Assembly: GCA_009602735.1 (NCBI GenBank)
Contig: WELA01002782.1
Location: forward strand, 1-64,000
Reading direction: 5' to 3'
Length of the DNA stretch: 64,000 nt
Source: Mesotaenium endlicherianum
Lineage: Eukaryota
Shown: positions 54,430 through 64,000 of the stretch, piece by piece
How the letters are laid out: each line of letters begins with the position of its first letter
How positions within the stretch are numbered: the first letter of the stretch is position 1
The notes under the pieces: model-generated
The model's database searches: none
The model's input: only the letters and a program-made list of their open reading frames with translations
Told to the model about the DNA's origin: nothing
Made by a program: the position numbers and the translations under genes

Positions 54430-57405
54430 GTTTTCCAAGTAGCGGATGTAGAGTATGAAAGTGGATGCACGTGCTCTCATGTGCAGAGCTACGTGCCAGA
54501 GGTGATTAGGAGCCCCACGAAGAGCCGTCTCACACTGTCTGAATTGTCAGGAGGATAGTTCTCACCTTTGTCGAGCACTTGACAAGCTAAGCAAGCAAGT
54601 TCCAGGGCGAGGTTGAACCAGGGGGGCTGTCCGCAGCAGCAGCACTTGAGCAATGGGGATAGAAATGCGAAGTTTGAGGGAAATGGACCCTCGTAAGACT
54701 TCTGTTCTAGAAGAGGCGCATGCTTTTGATGCCAGGATGCAGTATCTGGGAGACGGAGAACCTGGTAGATGTCTCTTGGGATTTGTTAAACATTTCAATT
54801 TCATGACCTTTCATGCTCTTCCAGGAAGGCTGCCAGGCTTGCACCCGCGCTGCCAGGTGCCTGCACGAGGGACAAGTTGAAGGTAGGGCCGTTCCTGAGG
54901 CTAGGCCGTCACATGGCGGCCATGCACGCTGTCACAGAACGCCAGCAAACCACGTGCAGTTGCAGAATTATTCAGGCGAGATGTCTTGCGGAGATCTGAT
55001 TCAGAGCTCTAGAGTGTCAGTTGTGCGATGGAAGTATTCAACTGTGAGAGGGTGTCTCATCACGACACACGGGTGGACCGGAGCTTCAGTGCTCTCAGAA
55101 AAGCTTGTGGAGTAAGGCTGTAGCTCAAATCAGCTCGTAAAAGGCTCACAGCTTGCAGGAGCTCTGGGCCGCTCGCTGGACACGTGGCAGGCAGGCCTAC
55201 TCTCTCTTCTGGCCCCACGCGCACAATAGTCCCCACCCTTCAGCACTTCGATCTTGAAGACTCGAGGGGGGGGGGTTGTGCCCAGCAGCTTCGTGCGAGA
55301 CCTGCGCTGTCAAGGCGATAGAGAAGCGGCAAGCCCCCTGCTCCACCGGCTCCTCCCTTCAACGCCAGCCTGGACCTTCAGGCCTCTGCAGCCCAAGAGC
55401 GTGCAAGAGTGCAGAGCCCTGCGTGGAGCCCAGGTGCGCCTGAGTCGTGACTGTGCATGGTGCTCTACCGGGCTGGGCTCCGAGTGGCGGGCGGCATGGC
55501 GGGCAGGCAGGGAGAGGAGCATGCAGGGCCTCGCTCCACCAGAGGTAGGTCTCTCCAGCCTTAGAGCCAGAGGCAGAGCTGAGGGCGCTCTCTGCCGTGC
55601 CGCACGCAGTCCAGCAGCTCTGCTCCCATTGCGCACAGCCAGGGCCGAGCCAGCGAGCAGAGCCCGGAGCCAGAGCCAGAGCTGAGGGACAGGTACTGCT
55701 TCACGCGCACCTGAAGGCGTGCTCTGCTGCAGTCCAGCGGGTCTGCTTTCATTGCGCACGAACAGGGCCAAGCTCCGAAGCAGAACCCTAGGGGCCAGAG
55801 CCAGGGCCAGGGCCAGGGACAGGGCTGAGGGAGAGGAACTGCTTGTAGCTCAGCAGAAGGTGCGCGGTGGTGCAGTTCAGCGGCTCTGCTTCAACTGCGC
55901 ACAGCGTTGCCCCCTGCACGCACCCTTGCACCAGTGTAACTGTGCTCCTAGTGGCCGTAGACGGGTACTCAAAGGGCTAGGCCACGACTTCCTCCCTCCC
56001 TGCCTGCCTGCCTGCCTGCAGCTATTTCCCTTTTCTGATTTCTTCCTCCTCTTCCTCCTCCTCCTCCTCCTCGGCCTCGACCTCCTTCCCCAGGTGATGC
56101 CAACGTCAGTGCTTGTGCTAAAAGTCCAGGCGAAAGGTCTTGCTTGCTGTAGACTATGGCAGCAACAGATGGGGCTGGCTGGTGCGGGGAGTGGCTGCAC
56201 CGGGGCTTGAGTTACGCCTGGTGTTGACTGATTGGCGCCTGTCAGCTCCTAGGAGAGGTTCATCTACACTGCATCTGGTCATGATAGCTACAGAGGCATG
56301 CTCCCGGGGCAGGGCAGCACATATAGTAGATATTGAATCTGCCAATAAACGTGGGGTGCTCTCCTTCTCTCTCTTGTGCTCTCCAACCCTCCCCCCTTCG
56401 CTCCCTCCCACGCTCCGTCACCTCCCCTCATTTCCCCCCTCCCTCGCTTTCCTCCCTCGCCTGCTCGCTCCCTTCCTCCCTCACTTGCTCGCTCGCGCGC
56501 CCGCTCCTGCGCTCCCAAGCTCCTTGCTCCAGCCTTCCTGCTGTGCCCCTCTCCCGCTCCCCCTCCATCTGTCCACCCCTGCTGCATCCGTCCGTCTGAC
56601 TGTCTGGCTCTCTGTGCGGGACTGCAAGCGCATTGTGACCAGCAATCAACGAGGGGGTCTCCTACCTCCCCGGGCTTTGGCATCATCCGAGCGTGCTGCA
56701 ATCCAGTGCCGGCCAAGAGGCGGGTTGGGTATCTGGTGTGGGGGCTGCTGGTTTGTTATCTGTCCACTGGCTGTCGACGTGTACTCTTGAGTCTCGTGTT
56801 TCATTTTCTCACATCGACTCCAAGTTTGAAGCAGACCCTGTGGCCCCTGGGGACGCCAGAGCATGCGTGAACATGTGCTGGCATGCTTTGGGGGGGGGGG
56901 GGGGNNNNNNNNNNNNNNNNNNNNNNNNNNNNNNNNGGGGGGGGGGGGGGGGTCAGGCGGCTCATTGTCGTGAAAGCACGTGCTGGTCAGACAGCACGCT
57001 GGATTTGGGCGGCCGTGCATTGGCAGAAGCAGAGCAGGCGTGGGGCGAGTGGAGTGTGCTGTCCTGTCCCGGGCATTGGAGATGAGCAGCCGCAGTGGTG
57101 CGAGGAGGAGGAGTACCACCTCTGACTATGAGGACGAGGACCTGGCGTCTCTGCAACTTCGCATGAGCGCAGAGCAGACAAGGCACACGCGTGTCGCCAG
57201 GTGGCATTCTGGTCCTGCAGGGCAACAGGCAGCAAGGACAGAGAAGCAGATATGCGGCCTCCGGCTCTTATTTCGTGAGAGGCTGGGTCGGGGCATCAGC
57301 AGAACACAGATATCCAAGGGGGAGGGGGAAGGGTTGGTGGGGGGGATNTGCGGGCCCCATTTTGGTTTGCACAGGGCAGCACTTGGCTGGACTTGCAAGC
57401 AATAG
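54430..57405 (+). other. Possible unresolved multi-exon gene
   Basis: GC-rich exon-like blocks with GT/AG sites and C-rich/G-rich microsatellite spacers like those in neighbouring introns; no coherent or recognisable protein could be assembled. Confidence 0.25.
55562..55905. repeat. Three degenerate tandem repeats (~105-145 bp)
   Basis: Each has AGAGCCAG...GCTGAGGG and a core CAGTCCAGCAGCTCTGCTCCCATTGCGCAC / CAGTCCAGCGGGTCTGCTTTCATTGCGCAC / CAGTTCAGCGGCTCTGCTTCAACTGCGCAC. Confidence 0.75.
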
Positions 57406-59177
57406 AGGCGCACACAAAGTGGGCAGGGGGCCATCATAGCCCACAGCTAGGTTGGCGGCAACCTCAGCCTCAGTGCCTCGGCCCCTCAGCGTCTCAGGGA
57501 CCTTTCCAGATAGCGTTGGAGTCGACTCCAGCTTGGCAGGGGGCGCACTTCGGCATCATGCGGTCTCGACCAGGTGTTGCTGACTGGCCGGAATGACCCA
57601 TAAGCCAATTAAGTCTCTCTCTCTTCTACCCTCTCTCTCCCTCCCTCTCTCCCTCTCTCTCTCTCTCTCCCCCCTCCCCTGCCTCCCTCCCTCCCCTGCC
57701 TCCCTCTCCCTCTCCTTGTCCCTCTTCCCACATGCTTGTGCTTATTCATGGATGCTGTGTGAAAGCAATAAGTTATACATGTCATTTTAAGCAACATGAC
57801 ATATGTACTCATTAATGCGTGAAATATACATTGATTGGTCCTGGTAATGACACAGCTTTGCTTTCACTAATCACAAAACATTGAATCTCTTGTCTCTTAG
57901 CTTCTCTGTCTGCCATAGTTTGCTAACTCGCTTGATCAGGACGCTGGCTTGTTAGTTTCCTAGTCTCCTTAGTCTCTCTCTGTCATACTTAGCTGGAGCT
58001 ATCTATTTAGGACTTGCTAGCCTTCTAGTTCTTAGCTCCTCTTCCTGTGATACTTTGCAGGAGCTTAGTCTGAATTCAGTGGCCTGGCGCTCTTCTAATC
58101 ACGACAGCAGTTGCACTGTGCAGCTGAGTCTAATATGGAGATATCTTGCTTACAATCAAGTGGGTAGAAAGCGGTCGATGCCTCTCTCAGCTGATACTGC
58201 TGGGGGGTTCAGATTGCTCGTAGCATCTTGTAGACCGACATACGTTGAGGAGAAGTATCTGTCAGCAAGTTATAGCATCTCAGTATCTTGACATTTATTG
58301 GCATTTGAAGTGACTGCTTCCCCCTTCCAGTCGGCTTACAAGTCCGCTTTCACGAGATCCCGTGTATGTCAAATGCGCTCCAATTAAACCAAAGGCGTGG
58401 GAGGGATCATGAATTCAAAGTGCATGTTTGCGGAATGATGTGCATTTCCACTGGTTAATTAAGAAAGAAAATATCAAAGCAGCTTGATATACTGCGTAAG
58501 TAAAAACTTGAGACTGTATGTCTGGCAATACAAGTGAAAGAGTAATAGAGGCTGGTGTTCATCATCACGAGCATTTATACCTGACCATGAAAAACTATCT
58601 GCAGCAAAGACTTTGGGCAAAGAAAACACTCACAGCATGAGAAGGGCCTCACATAACTGAAGCTTACTTTACATGCTCTCTGGGTTAGTGTTCACATCCA
58701 AACATGTACCACGAAGCCCCCAGTGCACGTCCATGCCCCCACAAACGCAAACACGACTTATATGCAATCTCTGTTCTCTGGCTGGAAACAACACTGTACC
58801 AGAACTTGCACCAAAAAAATATCCTTCGTATGTGCGTTGTGGTCATGTCAGGTGGGCTGGCATTTTGTGACTTCGGACGGAGGAATATACACAGATGCAG
58901 ACAGCAGGTGCCGTCTTTTCTGGCATACTTCACACAAGGATGGAGTAAAAAATAACCATGCTTAACACAGGCGTCAAATGACTTGCTTGAAAGCAGCTGC
59001 CTCGCTCTCAAGCACTAGGCACTTATAATGTATTATTGCTGGAAAGAATGTACATGGGATTTTTTCCTGTCGATATGTCAGAAACCAAAGAATGGTCGTA
59101 GTGGAAATGGTACACAAGATATACAAATAGACTACTCCTACGTTCTACTCAAACACGCTTCTCCCTGCAACTCTATC

Positions 59178-61458
59178 CTATACCTGCTCGTCCCCAAAGA
59201 GCTCCTTCATGACACCGTTAGTGGAGATGAAGCGGTCTTCCCGACAGCGAGGACCCATCTCCAGAGCCTTCTCCCACAGTTCAGAGACGCAGGGTTCACA
59301 CGAAGTCAGAATTTCAGGTGAAGCAACCAAGTAGTCCAAGTGGCCACTTGGCATCTCCCCGAGAGCCCTCTCAGCTTCCCCAAGCATGCTCTTCTGGGAC
59401 AGTTCAGAGAACGAAGCACTCCTGGTCGGGAAAGTGAGACCCCAGCCCGTCGAGTTCATCTTTCTCCGATGAAGCTCGCTCTCATCGTCAGTGTCTTCCA
59501 TGTCAGTCTCGTCACCTCTCGGTTTAGCCTTCGCCTGATAGTCCAAGTGCAGAGTCACTGCAACTTTGTCACTGTGGGCATCTGCATCCACTACCTCTGC
59601 GTGGCCATCTATATGCAGTGTCTCATCGAGGCAACCTTCTTCCCTAGCAGGGGTGGCAATCTCTATTTCCTCCTCGAGAACATACTCGTCGTCCTCAACA
59701 TCACTAAGCTCCCCTGCAACTACTCCATTTTCAAGAGTCCTACCATGATACTCTAAGACTTCGCCCTGTGGTCTACCCAAATTCTCCTCATATTCACCTT
59801 CACTACCTGCACTCTCGTCGTCAAAGTACTCTATCTCATCGTCGTCAGAATCGACGTCAACATCAAACCTGTTCTGCGCAGCCCTTCGCCTGTACACAAA
59901 TACGTTAAAGTAGTAGCTAACAATCTCCTTCATGCTGCGGCCAGGAAACGCATCCTTGACATGATGCCAGAAGTTCAACTTCCTCGACTGGGGGTAGACC
60001 CTCGTCAGGGTCAAGAACCTGTCTTCTTCATCATGGGTCCAGGAGTCAGAGACCTTTTCCCCCATTTCATGAAAGCCCCACTCTTCATAAGCTGGACCAA
60101 GCTCAGCCTCCAGCCTTTCATCGGCCTCCTGTACATGCAGCCGGGTGCAAGTCAAGGACCTGCGGTCCTCACAGCTACACTCTTCTCGGCCTCTTCCCAC
60201 TTCACGCATACCTGGTCTAACCCAGCCCTTGACGCTTTTCCCGCGTGGGGGCCAGACTTGGGTCCCCAACCACCTCTCCTCATTGTCAGAGTCATCGTCC
60301 TCCTCCACCCCATGGCGGTAGTGGTCACTTCTGAGAGCTTTCAGCGCTCGTACCTCTGGTAAGACAGCCTGGTGCTTGGGCCCCACGCGCACAGGAGGTT
60401 CGGACACAGAAGGTGAATATACTGTGGGCGAGGAAGGAAAAGTGTCGATAAATGACAGATTTGATGGTCGAGCAGGTGATACGAGGCCTCGCAGGTCTGC
60501 TCCACCAGACAAATAATGAGGCGGGGTAGAATCGCCATGATTTCGCAGGCGATCGGCACCTGACAGCTGTCGTGGCAGCTGCTGCGACCGTCCCTGCTAT
60601 ACACAAAATCAAGACACATCATCACCGGACTGCAGCTGCAGACTGAGCATGCTACTAATGTAAAAATTTTGAATGAGGTCTACAACCAATTAATACAACT
60701 TTAACATTCTGCAGCAAAAGTACTTCAATTCCAAGTACGCAGCAGAGTATCTTCTAAACAAGCTAAAGTAATGGACAAAAATTAACCTGCGAGCTGGACT
60801 CTAAGAACACTCTTGGTCGCAATTCCTTTTCTCCTCCGGGTCGTCTTAATGCACGCAGCTTCTGTAGTCTGGAGAAGATTTCCAAATCCACATATGCATT
60901 GCCAGCATCTTTTTGTTCCTCAAAAGTCTTCAACCATGACTTGGGCTGCTTCGCGAGCTCTCTCAACCAATCCACGGCCTCTTCTATGCAGTCATGATGA
61001 GCCTCTCGAGCAGTAAAATCATTGTCGACTGGTTCACTATTAGTCTCTCTCAAACCATCCTCCCGTGCTCCTCTACCATCATCGAAATGATGTCGAAGAG
61101 TAGCAAAAGGTCCTTCAGTATCTGCCAATACAACTTCAACATCGGTTGCATCCCCTTCAAAGGGGATTGCTAGCTTTCTACCATCCTCTATATGTGTCTC
61201 GATGTGTAAAGAAGGTCGAAACCTAGGGCTTGAATGAGCACTTTCAAATGGCAAGGAAATGGAATGAGTAAGAACAGGGGCTCCATCTTCAAGCGGACTG
61301 CAGGCTAAACCTAAGTTAATATCACTGCGAAGATCGACCCCTTCTCCTCCAGACAGCAAGTCGATACGTAAAAGCTTTCCTGGAGGAAGGCAAAGGTCGG
61401 AGGACTCTAGTGGCCTTTTCGGCTGGCTAACATCATCTGAAACCCTAATGGCTTCCAT
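59178..61458 (-). CDS. ELM2-SANT domain protein (plant ARID1/2-associated type), 2 exons
   Basis: Exons 61458-60787 and 60596-59178. VRVGPKHQAVLPE...WLGTQVWP...GRGREECSCEDRRSLTCTRLHV...WGFHEMGEKVSDSWTHDEEDRF...FW...IVSYYFNVFVYRRRAAQNR. Confidence 0.88.
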
Positions 61459-62648
61459 CTACGAAAACAAGATCCTACAATGAAGAATGATAGTCAAACT
61501 AATCTAACACATAAAAAGTGCTCGATGGCCAAGCCAGTTGTACTTTGGAACCAATAATCCTCAGAAATGCATCAGAGAAATTAGAGGCAAGAGAGCGGCA
61601 GGATAACGCGTTCACATGCGCTCGGTTTCGTCTTCGAATTTCGGGCTAACTCTCGCGGCGGCTGCATCGAGCAGGTATGAAGCCATAAGTAGGCGACGGG
61701 CTCGTTCGCAATAAAACGCGAGACCTCGTTCTCACGTAGTCAAGTTACACGAAAATCTGCTAGACGGGACTACTAACAGAGGTGTCGTTCCACTTACTGT
61801 CACCCGCCATGGATGCACCTCGATGTACTTATGGAAGCAATGCATTTGCGTAACCATTTTGATTTTTGGAAAAAATAATGTTATTTTGGAGATGTACATT
61901 TCACCGATTCGCGAGGATATCTAGAGCAATGCTGCGTAACCACAGCGTGACGCTGCGTGACATCCAAGTAACTTCGACGACGAGGAGGCTGCAAATGTAT
62001 TTCACACATATGCAATAAGCCTTACAGGCAGGGGATATACGATGTCAAAAATGTGTTATGGTTCTCGTCCACAACCGGGACGCCGTTGATTTCTGGACGT
62101 TTTCTCCAACCTGCTGAAAGTGGCTGAAAGCGTGTGACGAAGTGCACATCGATTCTTGCCAATTCTTGCCAAGCCAAACGTACAAATTGTACAACTATTG
62201 TAGCCAATGTAGCATACCTTCTAACGCGTGATAGAAGGCCACGTGTCCACATGCAGGCTGCACACTGTCACGACTCACGTCCTTTCTTTACACGAACTCC
62301 GACTTCTCGAAGAATGTTGGACTTCCAAACATTCCTGGTTCGTTTCAGTGGGCATGCAGTGGTGACAACAACCTTCAAATGATGATGCCTGTCCAGGCCT
62401 CTCACTTAGATCGATATGTATGACGCTCGATGGAACTCCTATTATCCGAAGAATGACTCCGCAGAAAGTGATTCTGCCTGCTGTTACTTTGGAGTTGATA
62501 GTGAAGGGTGCTTGTATACATTCATTTTACTATTACAGTCAAATAGTGAAGAGTTCTTTTGACTTTGCACGTATATAAATTTGTGAAGCTGGAGCCGTTT
62601 TCTCTTCTGTCGGGGCTCGTGGGGACGAGGCCTGCAGACGCGCTCAGT

Positions 62649-63193
62649 ATGCGATGGGTGAAAGGTGGCGCGAATGATTTCTCCGGAGTGGGCCCGTCTC
62701 CTAGAAGGTACAGGGGATTTGAAGATAACTTTGTCGAATGTCGGTTTTCTGTTTCAGCGTATAGATCACCATACTAATCTGCAGGTATTGTAGCACTAAG
62801 TGTCCAGGCAAGTCCAGACAGCAATGTACGTGCATCGCAACCTTTTTCCTCTCCACATTCCTGCCAAGGCCCGCCTTTCACATGTGCTTTATGCGGCAGC
62901 AGGTTTCCTCTTCCAGAACGAGAATCAAATTGTCAGCAGGACTCGTCCTCCTCCCCTCCAGGCCTCTCCTTCAGGCCTTCCCTCCTGCCATTTCTCCCAC
63001 ATCTCTGAGTTTCTGGTGTTGAGCTGAACTGAACGGGGATGGCACGGTCGCATGGCGTGGCATGACATGGCATGACGTGGCATGGTGGCGTGCAGTGGGC
63101 ACACGGCTGTCAGCGTGGGCGGCGGCAAGCTGGTGGTGTTCGGGGGCCTGGTGGACAAGAAGTTTCTAAACGACGTCATCGTCCTCGACACTG
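62649..63193 (+). CDS. Kelch-repeat (galactose oxidase/kelch beta-propeller) protein, first two exons; continues beyond the window
   Basis: Exons 62649-62707 and 63096-63193 give [52 protein letters not shown]. Confidence 0.85.
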
Positions 63194-63458
63194 GTGGGCT
63201 CCCGTTGATCCCCCTTCCTCCCCTCTTCCTCCCTTGACCCCGCTCAAGTACTCCTTCATAGACACGCAGACGCACGCGCATGCGTAACATGCACAGATGC
63301 GCGCACGCACGCACACGCACACGCACGCACACGAGTCTGTGCAAACACACATGCACGCACAGGCGCACAAACACACGCGCACGCATTTTCAGGCACAGAC
63401 ACTTACACGTGCACGCGTACGCACGCACGCACACTTGCACACACACGCATTTACACAT

Positions 63459-63542
<84 letters not shown>

Positions 63543-64000
63543 ACCCCCACACATACACAGTCACAGGCGCGCACACGCAGATATGCGCTTGGACGCACAC
63601 AGATATGCACATGCGCAAACACAGTGCTCACACACGCAGACATGCACGCACACACACGCACACATGCACATGCGCACCCACCCCCACACACACGCACGCA
63701 CACACACGCATGCGACCCACAAACACACGCACACTAACGCGCGCATTCTCACACAAGACACATCAATAGGCTTTCTCTCTCTTGCGAACACACGCACACG
63801 CACACACCACACGTGTGCACCCACACACACGCGCACACACACGCACACACACACACACAATGTGTCTGTTTGTCTGTACGCACCAGACAATGTGAAGCTT
63901 GGCGTCCGCCCCTCTCCGCCGGACTTCTCCAGAGAGGCTTCTGCCCACGCTGCATTGAGCTCCATCTGACCGTCTGCAGAGCAGGACGCAGTGAACGAGC

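Noticed and set aside
56130..56200. KVLLAVDYGSNRWG resembling a YqgF/RuvX N-terminal motif
   Set aside because: Short match only, preceded by stops, with no downstream family motifs.
62925..63969. His/Thr- and Cys/Val-rich ORFs
   Set aside because: Translations of (CA)n/(GT)n-type intronic repeats.

Overview
Eukaryotic, intron-rich DNA from the green lineage. Plant-type LRR receptor kinases, plant-type DENR, ELM2-SANT and kelch genes, and microsatellite-filled GC-rich introns suggest a streptophyte alga such as a zygnematophyte (inference). The first ~13.1 kb is a nest of LTR retrotransposons. The host is a decayed Ty3/gypsy chromovirus (gag-PR-RT-RH-INT-chromodomain) that carries an extra ~575-codon ORF between pol and its 3' LTR. 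It is interrupted by (i) a second copy of its own family, (ii) an LTR remnant at a deletion and (iii) a young non-autonomous LTR element with 711-bp LTRs and a TTACC TSD. A 1.9-kb TIR element with a 7-bp TSD follows. The rest is genic: a 15-exon SERK/LRR-II-like receptor kinase (+) tail-to-tail with a ~25-LRR receptor kinase (-), DENR/TMA22 (+), a bacterial-type haloacid dehalogenase with introns (+), a putative permuted papain-fold protein (-), an unresolved region, an ELM2-SANT protein (-) and the start of a kelch-repeat gene (+). Main observations: many introns on both strands have C-rich 5' ends and G-rich 3' ends with no polypyrimidine tract; the chromovirus accessory ORF shows purifying selection and appears to have its own spliced leader; and a co-receptor/receptor pair sits beside a small secreted-type ORF. 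All gene models were assembled by eye from translations and GT-AG sites; no database search was run.
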